64,000 nucleotides of DNA from a virus (lineage: Duplodnaviria > Caudoviricetes), in the IMG/VR virus record IMGVR_UViG_3300020112_000604, positions 64,001-128,000 of that record; one strand, 5' to 3'. The notes beneath the pieces are model-generated. The model was not told the DNA's origin and did no database searches. It saw only the letters and a list, made by a program, of their open reading frames with translations. Below are positions 1 through 9,776 of this stretch, piece after piece (positions within the stretch are counted from its first letter, which is position 1; each line of letters begins with the position of its first letter). A program made the position numbers and the translations under genes.

Positions 1-556
1 CGTTTAATGGACGTTCATTAGCATTGTATGGCTTCATAAGCAATGGCTTATTGAAGTCAACCGGTTTTGGTGGTTCATTAGATTTGAGACGATGCCAAGT
101 CTCAGCAACCTTATACGCAATACGCTTAATATTGACCGGAAGATTGAGCTTGAATCCGAAGCTGAATATATCAGCATTTCTTGCTTCATCTGTGATTGAG
201 AATGACTTAGACACATTTGCATACATATATTCAGTATATACTGCAAGGTCCACGCCGAATAAACCTTCTTCGGCTTTACGTTCTTCGAATACCTCTTTGT
301 CCAGCTGGAATATATAATTCCAACCCATTGTTTCAACGAGCAGTTCGAACACCTTTGGTGTCGATGTGTTCCACATTGTCTTGAGATGTCCTACAGGTTC
401 TTCAAAGTAATCTCTTGGATATCCGAAGAGACTTCTGTACTTCTTGTAGGCAATTGCGAGTCTTTCGATAAGCAGTTCATAGTCGGCTATTCCGGTCCAG
501 AGTACTACTACTCTAGAATAGTCGGCTATCATTTCGTTTCTTGTTAATTCGATCAT
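1..556 (-). CDS. Hypothetical early protein, runs off the left edge (MIELTRNEMIADYSRVVVLW...)
   Basis: Not in the ORF track because its stop lies outside the window. Hand translation is open from ATG 556 to base 1. AGAAAGGAAGG RBS and TATATTATA motif (610-620) upstream. Confidence 0.8.
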   Translation of the reverse strand, partial: MIELTRNEMIADYSRVVVLWTGIADYELLIERLAIAYKKYRSLFGYPRDYFEEPVGHLKTMWNTSTPKVFELLVETMGWNYIFQLDKEVFEERKAEEGLFGVDLAVYTEYMYANVSKSFSITDEARNADIFSFGFKLNLPVNIKRIAYKVAETWHRLKSNEPPKPVDFNKPLLMKPYNANERPLN

Positions 557-609
557 GGTTTGTACCTTCCTTTCTATAATGACGGATGTCGTTTACACCC
601 GTTCATCGT

Positions 610-620
610 TATAATATATA
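610..620 (-). promoter_or_regulatory. Early-type promoter motif TATATTATA
   Basis: Same motif recurs upstream of genes starting at 34099, 36773, 38381, 50182 and 56520. Confidence 0.6.
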
Positions 621-652
621 AATAAAAAGTTGATTGAATATGTAATCAGGTT

Positions 653-665
653 AACATTTTGAGTA
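653..665 (+). promoter_or_regulatory. Late-type promoter (AACA-N7-TA variant)
   Basis: AACATTTTGAGTA, one T longer than AACATTTGAGTA at 11875-11886; directly upstream of a structural operon. Confidence 0.5.
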
Positions 666-686
666 ATAACGGAGGGAGTGAATACT

Positions 687-1733
687 ATGAGTGATATACA
701 AACAACAACCTCTTCTATGATGAAATTTGCATCCGGAAGAGAATCTTTTTCTGGTTCAGTTAGTGATTTAAGTGCACCCGGAGAACGTTCATCCAGGTTC
801 AGTGAGTTTACTAACAATGCCATCAAAACCGAAAATATATTAACAGCTGACGACTTACATAAAGTAAGATTCAACCGTTTTGCTAAGGTGCCGATACTCG
901 ACCCTTGGAATCAGGCTGATATGACAAGAGACTACGTGTTCTTCACGAAGCCTGACTTGAATATATTTGCCAGTTCGGGATTTATCAATCCGGTATTATC
1001 AAATACAGATTACTTCCCGGATATGATGGAAACTCATCCTAATTCTCTGAAAGCTTTACAACAGACTTACATATCTGAAGACAACCCATACAACTACTTA
1101 CTGTCAAACTACGTTTCAGCACCAATAGATTTTCCAGGTAAATCATCAGAGACCACACAGGGCAACCAGAACTTATACGGAATAAACACATTTTATCAGG
1201 ACAACAACCGTTCTAATGAATATGGATTCGACTTCAGTGTTGAATTCACTGATACAATGTATCATGACGTTTATACGTTCTTTGAAGCATATCAGGAGTA
1301 TCGTAACTTACAGTACGAGATAGATTTATTCCCTCCAAAGGGAGAATATGCTAGAAGTAAGATACGCTACAAATCATTCTCTGTATACAAGATAACGGTT
1401 GACTCGGTCAACCGTATTTTATTCTACGGTAAGCACATTGGAATTGAACCGCTTAATACTGCGACAGATACAATAGATAGCGTGGCTAGTGGTGAAGTTC
1501 CAAGATTTACTATAAGCTTCAAGGCTTTTCATTCTGTGGTTAATAAGCCATGGATTCTTCAGGAGATTAATACAATTGCAACCAGAGCTGGATTTAGCGA
1601 CGGTAAAATATTGAACGAGTACGACAAGTCAACCGGCACCGCTAACAGAGAATGGCCGGCTGTACCAGTTATCTCCGCAGCAACCGGACAGGACGGAAGA
1701 AAAATATACTTATTGAAATGGGGGCGCATCTAA
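687..1733 (+). CDS. Virion structural protein (baseplate/tail-tube-like)
   Basis: Long ORF; ATG 687 follows GGAG RBS; YVFFTKPDLN and FSVEFTD motifs recall jumbo-phage baseplate/tube proteins; first gene of a late operon. Confidence 0.6.
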   Translation: MSDIQTTTSSMMKFASGRESFSGSVSDLSAPGERSSRFSEFTNNAIKTENILTADDLHKVRFNRFAKVPILDPWNQADMTRDYVFFTKPDLNIFASSGFINPVLSNTDYFPDMMETHPNSLKALQQTYISEDNPYNYLLSNYVSAPIDFPGKSSETTQGNQNLYGINTFYQDNNRSNEYGFDFSVEFTDTMYHDVYTFFEAYQEYRNLQYEIDLFPPKGEYARSKIRYKSFSVYKITVDSVNRILFYGKHIGIEPLNTATDTIDSVASGEVPRFTISFKAFHSVVNKPWILQEINTIATRAGFSDGKILNEYDKSTGTANREWPAVPVISAATGQDGRKIYLLKWGRI

Positions 1734-4700
1734 TGCTAAACAATGGAAATCTTATATCATCAGATATCTATGATTTAACCGAATTCGTTAAGCAGTTAAA
1801 GAAGAAATACATCCCGTTACAGGATGAAGATACTCTTTACATATCCACATTCGGTTATATTGGCGATATCGCTGCGAACTTAATGCAGAATTCTGTAATA
1901 GCTGCATCTGAATACAGTAACGAAGCTATTCCAACTCGTGCAAAGTTTGACCGTAATGTAATTATTCATGCAATGACATTAGGAATTGATAAGGTTCATG
2001 CTACACCAGCAACAATGCCGATAGTTCTGTGTATTCCTGAATCTTGTGTAGTTCAGAATCTTGGTAATAACAAAACTGGCGAACGTCAGGAAGGTGTGTT
2101 CACAATAGACCACACTATCCCGTTCACTATTGAAGGTGTCGAATTCCATCTGGATTATGATATCAATATCACCAGATACAAAAAGGAATACAAACCTACA
2201 CCAACTACAGGAGACCCAGACAATCTCACATCTGTAATTTATACAGCAAGATATGATATGTCTGTACCAAATCCGGTATCAGACATTGATAACGAAATAC
2301 TTCCTACTGTCGGTGTATTCAGATATGCAGATATCTTCCAGAACTCTCTGGCAAAGGCGGATAACGTTCTTGTTATCTATACTAAGCTCAGTCAGGTTAT
2401 GTATCATGAAGAAGAAGTTGTCGTTTCATCCGATAATGACTTACTTAATAAAACAATCAGCTTCCAGTTCAGTGACCAGTTAGCATACTTCGACGTTGCT
2501 GTATACGAGGCTAATGCAGATACGCCTAGAGTTCTTACACCAATATATGACGGATTATACAAGGATGGAGTAACTAACTACTGTTACTACAGTTATATGA
2601 ATTCTAATAGTATTCGTATACGCTTCGACAGAGATGTATATCAGCCTAGAATGAATTCTAGAGTTGTTGTTCGTATATACACAACACTTGGCTCCGGCGG
2701 TAACTTCAAATACTCCGAAAACGTAAGACTCCAGTTCCCGTCAACCTCTAAAGCAGATTACAACAGCGTGTTCGCTTTAATCCAGCAGAGAGGTGATGGC
2801 GCAACCGATGGTCTTGATAGAGCGTCTACAAAGCAGCTTCAGGAAATCATTCCTAAGGAAATGCTTTCACGAGGATTTATTACAACTAACACAGACTTAC
2901 AGAATTATTTCAATTCTTTAAGTACTGAAAACAGTATTGTCTATGTATTCAGAAAGGAAGACTCATTCCTTAAACGTACATATTATTCATATTCACTTAT
3001 GAAAGACAACGAAGGTAATATTATTCCAACAAACACAATCCCGATAGAAATTGAGGGACAGGATGTGAACTCAATAGACGTTTCGTCAATCGGATTTCTT
3101 GAAGCTGGTACCGCAGTATTCTTACCTGTGACACCGTCCACCACAGACCAGCCGGTTGTTGCATTACCAGTCAATATGAAGAATGCAATGTTTAATCTTC
3201 CTGAATATGACGAGAATGCCCGAATCACAGGTCAGATTCTGTTCAGTGATGCAAACTTTAACACATTCGCATCAAGGTCTATGGCCACTGTTGGTAATTC
3301 TGTTGTATTAAGAACTATAATCAACCACGACTACGAATTATACGAACGTGGTGAACACGAACGCATGCCGTCACATCCTATTCCGTTAAACGGTCAGGTT
3401 AATAAGTCCGACTTCACTAAGGCTTGGAACGCTAACAGTTCATTCATATATACAGTCCCATATTCAATCGTTGTATCTCAGCCTAGAGGTACATTAGGTA
3501 TGGTTCGTCCAAGATGTAGCTTTATTGTCGACACTATCGACGAAAACAAGTTTACCACATTTGAATGGATTAACGAAAAGTCAACTGTTCAGTTTATTGC
3601 TTCTAACGTAAGAGTATCAAGACCATCATTCATGTGCCATGACAGATACGTTTATTATCTTGATATTGACCTTACACCTAACCAGAACAAAGCCAATATT
3701 GACATCAACAAGATTCAGACTACAGCTGTATTCAAGATTGACGGGGAAGCTAAGGGATACGTTACCGGCTATCACATTGCCGACCTCGATGACGAAGAAT
3801 CAATACATTTCAGATTCCGTTTTGAAACTGAACCTCTTGCCACTGCATGGTATGAGAACAAGTTAAGAGTTTCAAATATCTATACACCAGGTTATACTGA
3901 TAAGAGTATTGACCCAGTAAAACTCTTCCCGGAAAAGATTGACGTTGATATCTTCACTATGTATCACTATGCTGCAGAAAGACCTTGTAAGTCAATTGGT
4001 GAATCATTCGGTGGTGGAGATCTTGAAGCCGGCGAAATTGCTATGTATCAGCCGGTTACATTTGCATATCCATTCCAGCTTAGAGATACTGACCGTGTTG
4101 GTCCTGAAGGCAAAGAATACATGAAGTACTTTGCTAAGGAAAATGACACTGACCCGTTCACCAATCCGCATCCAATCTACACAGAATATGCTACATATAA
4201 GAAGTATGCAGACTTTATTGAGGACAATCCGAGATGTGTATACGCTATGGGTAACATGGTACTCACAAATAAATACTCTATCACTAGCGGAATTAATCTG
4301 TATTATAACTATTCAGATTATATGGATTCCCATGTATCTGTATCAGAAGCCCCAGCACTTGGTCATTCATACGACTTCACACTGAATCGTATTCCAGTAA
4401 TCAGAATGGAATATCTTGAATCTGAAGAACGTGTACAGTTTACCATGAATGAATTACGTAAGGCTATGATTTATGTATCAAACAGCGTAGGAAAACTCGA
4501 AACACTCTTCGGTATAGACTTCAAGCTGTTTAACACATATGGACCATCTAAGACATACAGCATAGAAGACTCTAACGGTTCACTCTATCCGCTCAATCAG
4601 GTTAACCTTACACTCAACTTCAGAGCACAGCTTTACACCGATGCAGATAAGAATATCATTGCACAGATTAAGTCTGACATCAAGTCTTACATTGAAGACA

Positions 4701-4945
4701 TCAAGGAGATTAAGAATATCCATATGCCAAATCTTATTTCAGAGATTACTAAGAAGTATGGTGGATATCTTGTATACTTCGAATTCGTTGGCTTCCAGAA
4801 TGAAATCGGAAAGTACAATGCGTTGTATCAGCATATCATCACAAACAAGGATATGGAACAGCTTAAGGAAGTTCCGGAGTTCTTAAATATCAATTTCAAC
4901 ACATTGTCATCAGCCCCAGACATCAACATTGATATAATTGTATAA
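1733..4945 (+). CDS. Baseplate wedge-like structural protein (~1070 aa)
   Basis: TAATG stop/start overlap at 1731-1735; NEAIPTRAK, IYTTLGSGGNF, GATDGLD and ITTNTDL segments resemble T4 gp6/baseplate J-like wedge proteins. Confidence 0.7.
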   Translation: MLNNGNLISSDIYDLTEFVKQLKKKYIPLQDEDTLYISTFGYIGDIAANLMQNSVIAASEYSNEAIPTRAKFDRNVIIHAMTLGIDKVHATPATMPIVLCIPESCVVQNLGNNKTGERQEGVFTIDHTIPFTIEGVEFHLDYDINITRYKKEYKPTPTTGDPDNLTSVIYTARYDMSVPNPVSDIDNEILPTVGVFRYADIFQNSLAKADNVLVIYTKLSQVMYHEEEVVVSSDNDLLNKTISFQFSDQLAYFDVAVYEANADTPRVLTPIYDGLYKDGVTNYCYYSYMNSNSIRIRFDRDVYQPRMNSRVVVRIYTTLGSGGNFKYSENVRLQFPSTSKADYNSVFALIQQRGDGATDGLDRASTKQLQEIIPKEMLSRGFITTNTDLQNYFNSLSTENSIVYVFRKEDSFLKRTYYSYSLMKDNEGNIIPTNTIPIEIEGQDVNSIDVSSIGFLEAGTAVFLPVTPSTTDQPVVALPVNMKNAMFNLPEYDENARITGQILFSDANFNTFASRSMATVGNSVVLRTIINHDYELYERGEHERMPSHPIPLNGQVNKSDFTKAWNANSSFIYTVPYSIVVSQPRGTLGMVRPRCSFIVDTIDENKFTTFEWINEKSTVQFIASNVRVSRPSFMCHDRYVYYLDIDLTPNQNKANIDINKIQTTAVFKIDGEAKGYVTGYHIADLDDEESIHFRFRFETEPLATAWYENKLRVSNIYTPGYTDKSIDPVKLFPEKIDVDIFTMYHYAAERPCKSIGESFGGGDLEAGEIAMYQPVTFAYPFQLRDTDRVGPEGKEYMKYFAKENDTDPFTNPHPIYTEYATYKKYADFIEDNPRCVYAMGNMVLTNKYSITSGINLYYNYSDYMDSHVSVSEAPALGHSYDFTLNRIPVIRMEYLESEERVQFTMNELRKAMIYVSNSVGKLETLFGIDFKLFNTYGPSKTYSIEDSNGSLYPLNQVNLTLNFRAQLYTDADKNIIAQIKSDIKSYIEDIKEIKNIHMPNLISEITKKYGGYLVYFEFVGFQNEIGKYNALYQHIITNKDMEQLKEVPEFLNINFNTLSSAPDINIDIIV

Positions 4946-4959
4946 AAGGAGGTAGTATC

Positions 4960-6051
4960 ATGTACGAACCACTCGAATCTTATAGACAGTATAGAGAATA
5001 TCAGGATCAGCGTGATGCAGAATATGCCGAAAACCAGCAGGCTATCGGGGAAGCAGTCACTACTGAAAGATACGCAGCTTTAAGTGAAGCTTACCATTCA
5101 CCAGTCGCTACAAAGACAACTTTAAGAGCTCAGGTTGGTAAGTTCAGAAACGACGTTTATAAGTCTCTCGTTGCAGAGGCTGTATCTATTGTCGCTTCAT
5201 GTGCCGTTAAGGCGGTTAAGGATTCAGACGCATTTGACTACTCAAGAGAATCAGCTATCCTCGGACAGCTTGCAAAGTCATGGGTAGAAGAACAGTCTAT
5301 GTATGACGTTCAGTCAAAGATGAATTCTACAGTTATCCTTTCGTCATTTGATTGTGCTTGTAAGAAGTACACAGATATCATTGTAGAAAAGGCTACACAG
5401 AAGATTGACAAGGGTTCCGAGGACAAGAATTACATATTCGAAATCGAAGATGATGACCGTGAAAACTTCTACAAAGAACTTGACGCAGTCAATGCAGATG
5501 AACTCGTTTACACAATCCGTAATAGAGTATCAGACGCTTCACAGAGCTTCCTTAACGACTATGTAAAGGATAAGCTCGAAATCAAATCAATCATGCAGGA
5601 CACTAAGAATACCGTTGACGCTCTTAAGTCAACACTTCCTGGTGCTACACCAACAAATGATGCTATGGATGACGGTATCCCATCTGCATCAGAATATGAC
5701 CCATATACGTTCCACAATCCGGAAGAAGAAACTCCGGCTGTAGAAACACCTACAACAGAAAGCGTTGAAGAGTCATATATGAATATTGCAAAACGCAAGA
5801 TTCATAAGATTATGAACAAGCCTTGTATGTCAGTATACGAAGCTATGGTTCTCAATCTTTCAACCGCAGCTTATAAGAACAAAGCTCTCACTGAAGAATT
5901 CGTTACAGAAAACGCTAAGCTCGACACTGATGCGGTAAGAACACGTGCCGGTGTTATGTACACATGGCTCGAAACACTCAACACATCAGGACTCGAAAAC
6001 GTTACTGAAGAATATCTCAAGAATACTCTTGAAGAAATTAAGAATCTTTGA
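4960..6051 (+). CDS. Putative virion (head-internal) protein
   Basis: Strong AGGAGG RBS; acidic; several L/V-x-E-S/A/N sites of prohead-protease type; in late operon. Confidence 0.55.
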   Translation: MYEPLESYRQYREYQDQRDAEYAENQQAIGEAVTTERYAALSEAYHSPVATKTTLRAQVGKFRNDVYKSLVAEAVSIVASCAVKAVKDSDAFDYSRESAILGQLAKSWVEEQSMYDVQSKMNSTVILSSFDCACKKYTDIIVEKATQKIDKGSEDKNYIFEIEDDDRENFYKELDAVNADELVYTIRNRVSDASQSFLNDYVKDKLEIKSIMQDTKNTVDALKSTLPGATPTNDAMDDGIPSASEYDPYTFHNPEEETPAVETPTTESVEESYMNIAKRKIHKIMNKPCMSVYEAMVLNLSTAAYKNKALTEEFVTENAKLDTDAVRTRAGVMYTWLETLNTSGLENVTEEYLKNTLEEIKNL

Positions 6052-6060
6052 TCAAAAAAT

Positions 6061-6085
6061 CCCCGTACTCTATGAGAGTACGGGG
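6061..6085. terminator. Intrinsic terminator between convergent genes
   Basis: CCCCGTACTC-tatga-GAGTACGGGG with A-run on the left side. Confidence 0.8.
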
Positions 6086-6098
6086 AATATTATGTGTT

Positions 6099-6521
6099 TT
6101 ACTTGAATACAATTTCTACAATGTTCTCATTTGACTGAGTTATTGCGTATGTCTTTTCCACAATGGCGTCTGAATTCATATGTGCTCCCATATATGAACC
6201 ATAGAAGAGCTCATCATAAATTTCAACGATTGTATTGTGGATTGTACCATGTCCGATATAGATATCAGCCTTAGGTACGTCAATGGTAAGTACTAATTCG
6301 CCATCACGCATAGCAAGTGTCGCTGCACCCTTTACACGATAAATAGCACGAATCTTTGTCATCTCTGATGATGACAAGATTTTCGGTCCTTTAGCCTGTC
6401 CAGTTTTGTCGTTAGTTGTGGCAGCCAATTTGACTTTACTGAAGTTATTGTTATCGTACAGAAACTTGTGTATCTCCTTAAGATAATATTCCTCTGTTGT
6501 GTTATTGATTCTTGATTTCAT
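6099..6521 (-). CDS. Hypothetical protein
   Basis: 140-aa ORF with AGGAGG RBS. Confidence 0.75.
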   Translation of the reverse strand: MKSRINNTTEEYYLKEIHKFLYDNNNFSKVKLAATTNDKTGQAKGPKILSSSEMTKIRAIYRVKGAATLAMRDGELVLTIDVPKADIYIGHGTIHNTIVEIYDELFYGSYMGAHMNSDAIVEKTYAITQSNENIVEIVFK

Positions 6522-6535
6522 GTATTATCCTCCTG

Positions 6536-7000
6536 TTATTTAATATCTATTATCTTGGTCTGATTCGATGCTCGGATTGATTTACCAAACATGAATACTA
6601 CGACACTAGATATTATAGTCAAAGATATAGCAACACCAAATACCGGATTGTCTAAAGACACGTCTGCAATAGGCATTGCGTTTAATGTAGCTAAAAACAT
6701 AAGGAGACTACCAAAGTAGTAATCCTTAGTATGTCTTGGTTTAAGATCGCTGATTGATATTTCGGTCACGTGACCACAATCAGGACATTTGATTTGAACG
6801 ATATCTGCATGAGTTTTTGTAGTCTCATGTATTTCACCGCACACATTTGTCAGAAAAGTCATGTAAGAGGCGTCCTTTCCTTCTTCGAAGATGCATTTGC
6901 ATCCACAAGACTTACAACGGAATTTTATATTGCCGTCAAGCACAGGCTTTTGACAATCTCCGTGTTCTAAAACTTTCAAAGCTATCATCCTCACTTTCAT
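6536..7000 (-). CDS. Zn-ribbon protein with two C-terminal TM helices
   Basis: CKSCGC and CPDCG knuckles; hydrophobic C-terminus; ATGA overlap with upstream gene (alternative TTG start at 6979). Confidence 0.7.
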   Translation of the reverse strand: MKVRMIALKVLEHGDCQKPVLDGNIKFRCKSCGCKCIFEEGKDASYMTFLTNVCGEIHETTKTHADIVQIKCPDCGHVTEISISDLKPRHTKDYYFGSLLMFLATLNAMPIADVSLDNPVFGVAISLTIISSVVVFMFGKSIRASNQTKIIDIK

Positions 7001-7396
7001 TTTCGATTTTGATATATCATACAGCAAATATTAGCAATTGCTGACAGCATCGTCAGCAGAGACGCTAATCCAATAATCGATGTACTGTGAGGAAAATTAC
7101 AAAATGATAAATCCCAATCAATCAAAAGTAATGCTATGCTGCCAATAACCATTCCTCTGTTAAAAGCATATCGACCATCAGTTTTAGACGTCGTGTTATT
7201 AATTTGTTCGTTATTTAAACGAACCGCCGTCAGCAAACCTGTTATAACCGCCATAGCTAATAAAGGTATGATTACTATAGGAATATTTCTGAGTGCATAT
7301 ATCGCCAATATAGCAAATATTGATAGAAACAATAATATTGTTGATATTAATAATAAAATTGTTACCGCATCTAAATTTTTACGAGGGACTCTGCAT
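6997..7396 (-). CDS. Multi-pass membrane protein with apparent frameshift near the 5' end
   Basis: AGGAGG-ATG at 7396 stops after 5 codons; removing one base of the GGG at 7385-7387 gives MQSPRKNLDAVTILLL... continuous with ORF 6997..7332. Confidence 0.6.
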
Positions 7397-7409
7397 ATGT
7401 AATGCCTCC

Positions 7410-7673
7410 TTAAAATTTCATATCTGAGTATAATTCATTTTCTGTAATGGCTTTGAAGCCTTTAGAACCCTGAGTTTCAATTATATGCTTCAGCCTGGCT
7501 TTAGCCAGTTCTTCTTTGTTTATATTTGCAGTGTTCATTTTATATACAGAGCTAAGAGCTGATGGTTCTTCTTTTACCAGAGGATTGGATTTATTCGGTT
7601 TCATATCCATTAAAACCACGTCTCCTCGACGTGGTTTTGAATTTGGTTCATATGTGCGAAAATTACTATGCAT
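7410..7673 (-). CDS. Hypothetical protein
   Basis: 87-aa ORF, AAGGAG RBS, tightly packed in operon. Confidence 0.7.
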   Translation of the reverse strand: MHSNFRTYEPNSKPRRGDVVLMDMKPNKSNPLVKEEPSALSSVYKMNTANINKEELAKARLKHIIETQGSKGFKAITENELYSDMKF

Positions 7674-7674
7674 A

Positions 7675-8070
7675 TTATGTCTCCTTTGTCTTTGCTGACA
7701 TTGAAAGGTTTGCTACTTTTCTGTAACGTGGCTCGTCAACGTAAGTTCCGTTCTTAGTCTTCTCATATCCTGTCTTGACTGTAAAATCGTAATCTGTTGC
7801 CGGATGGTCTGCATCCTTAGGATATATAAAGTTTCTACGGTTCTCTTTATACCATTCGTATATTGCTTTGAATTTTACAGTCCATAAGAATAAACTGTAT
7901 GCTGTATGATTAAGAGCCGGATCTAAATGATGAATGTGTGAACGACTGCAGAATTCTTTCCACTGCACCTGGATGTCCTGAATTACAAGGAATGTAGCAA
8001 TAGCTTTTTCCTTAGTGTCAAGATGAGTGTTTTCAGCGTAGAATTCATCAAAGAAAATATAATCTTTCAT
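7675..8070 (-). CDS. Hypothetical protein
   Basis: 131-aa ORF, AGGAGG RBS. Confidence 0.75.
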   Translation of the reverse strand: MKDYIFFDEFYAENTHLDTKEKAIATFLVIQDIQVQWKEFCSRSHIHHLDPALNHTAYSLFLWTVKFKAIYEWYKENRRNFIYPKDADHPATDYDFTVKTGYEKTKNGTYVDEPRYRKVANLSMSAKTKET

Positions 8071-8090
8071 TTTTAGATTACCTCCTGTAT

Positions 8091-8453
8091 TTAGAACTGT
8101 ATTAATCCACCCTTAGCGGACCAGCATTTTACCGTAAAGACAAAACTTAGAAGCGATGAATCGAGTTTCATGTCCGAAGCTTTATATAATGCCGATATTA
8201 TCAGATTCCCTATTGCCAGTATAGAATAGTCAGCTGAACTGACATCGATTAATTCGTCCGGAGACATAATTGTTAAGCATTTAGTACTGGTTTCATAAAA
8301 CACAGTCATCGGTACTTTAAATGTATTCATGACACCGTTGTATATTTCATCAGATAACTTCTTGACGAATTCTGGGTTTTCAAGAAGTCTACGTACCTGC
8401 ATTCCTGTATCGTATATTTTGTCACTTATCGTCTGTTTGTCTTTATTAGTCAT
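8091..8453 (-). CDS. Hypothetical protein
   Basis: Start moved to ATG 8453 (MTNKDK) after GAAAGGAG RBS. Confidence 0.7.
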   Translation of the reverse strand: MTNKDKQTISDKIYDTGMQVRRLLENPEFVKKLSDEIYNGVMNTFKVPMTVFYETSTKCLTIMSPDELIDVSSADYSILAIGNLIISALYKASDMKLDSSLLSFVFTVKCWSAKGGLIQF

Positions 8454-8472
8454 ATAAAAATTTCTCCTTTCA

Positions 8473-9183
8473 TTATGTGAACTTGAGTTCGCCCTTATCA
8501 AAATATGGTATCTCGACGTTTTCTGGAAAGTCTTTGCGTCCGGTAATTGTTTTCCACTGTGGTTTAGTATAAACCGCATTTAGGAATTTTAAATCTATCT
8601 CTATTCTTGGTAATACTGAATAATACTTATTCACTATTCCGGTTACGGTCATAGCGTCATCTAACCATACATTGGCGTTATACATGTCGGAATACTTCTT
8701 TCCGATATTATCCCAGTCCGGTTTAGAAAGATGACGTATTAAACCTATCTCAGCAAGAAATGTTTGCCAAGTATTGAAACTCTTTGGTGTCTGGAAGTAT
8801 GCATTATATGTGACTATGGCAGGAGTTGTAACCAGATAATCCAGTTTGTATAACTCGTCATATGTCAACAATTCATGCATTCTCTTGTGTCCTGCCGCAG
8901 CATCTGGAGAGTATACGTGTACGAATCCATCTCTAGCCGCAGCGGCTACATTCTTTTTGGTAATGAAACGGAATCGAGGACGTTTAGCGCCCTCAGGATT
9001 CTCATATAGCGTTACCTTGTAGTCCATGTAGTACAGTTGGTCAACCATTGCATCACGATATGCAATGATATTATCGTAATCCTTAGGAGTTAAATGATAT
9101 TGACTACAAAGCCATTGCAATCGTTCATCATAATCTTTAGGAATTGAACCATACTTTTCAAGGTATTCTTTTTCGTTATACAT
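8473..9183 (-). CDS. rusA: RusA-family Holliday junction resolvase
   Basis: KRPRF, KPDWDNIGKKYSD and WLDD catalytic motifs, K-Y...PRIEI C-terminal strand. Confidence 0.85.
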   Translation of the reverse strand: MYNEKEYLEKYGSIPKDYDERLQWLCSQYHLTPKDYDNIIAYRDAMVDQLYYMDYKVTLYENPEGAKRPRFRFITKKNVAAAARDGFVHVYSPDAAAGHKRMHELLTYDELYKLDYLVTTPAIVTYNAYFQTPKSFNTWQTFLAEIGLIRHLSKPDWDNIGKKYSDMYNANVWLDDAMTVTGIVNKYYSVLPRIEIDLKFLNAVYTKPQWKTITGRKDFPENVEIPYFDKGELKFT

Positions 9184-9706
9184 TCTGTCCTCCTAAAGAG
9201 ATTTCCATCATCTTCAGTATTCTATGAAATTCCAATGTCATCTCCGCCATCTTAATCTGATATTCGTATGAAGTGAATACCATAGAACGAGAATACTTGC
9301 TGCCGATATGTCCGGCGAATCCACCTTTGTATTTGAATTTGGCTCCGATTGCGTAATAACTGTCATCATCCGATGGATAAAAGTGTGAATACTTAAAGTC
9401 AGAACCGTGTGAATCAAATACCGTGCTTAATGCCGTTATTAATTCACCATCGTCGCTAGGATGGATGAATATTTCAAATCCGAATTCTCCGCCGTCCTTA
9501 TTATCATCCATTGTAAAACTGTTTACATAGAAACCCTCATCCTCTAATGCCAGAATGAATGGAGAAATGAGTTCATTTCCTGTAACGTCTATCGTTCGTC
9601 TACCGCGACAATATTCACATGCAGGAATCATTGTGTTTTTCTTGAATCTACGTGGTTTATCACTCACGTCGAATATTAATCCGCATTCTAAACAAATTCG
9701 TTTCAT
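9176..9706 (-). CDS. Hypothetical protein with N-terminal Zn ribbon
   Basis: CLECG...CEYC; ATG 9706 after GGAGG. Confidence 0.7.
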   Translation of the reverse strand: MKRICLECGLIFDVSDKPRRFKKNTMIPACEYCRGRRTIDVTGNELISPFILALEDEGFYVNSFTMDDNKDGGEFGFEIFIHPSDDGELITALSTVFDSHGSDFKYSHFYPSDDDSYYAIGAKFKYKGGFAGHIGSKYSRSMVFTSYEYQIKMAEMTLEFHRILKMMEISLGGQNV

Positions 9707-9751
9707 AATATAACCTCCCACAAAATTTAACACGTAAGGTGAATATCACCT

Positions 9752-9763
9752 TACGTGTAAGTT
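9752..9763 (-). promoter_or_regulatory. AACT-N6-TA promoter motif overlapping a terminator hairpin
   Basis: AACTTACACGTA on the minus strand, upstream of the RusA operon. Confidence 0.5.
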
Positions 9764-9776
9764 AAGCGGTTTGTAT

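Noticed and set aside
24-336. Track ORFs 24..317(+) and 34..336(-)
   Set aside because: Overlap the better-supported minus-strand gene starting at 556.
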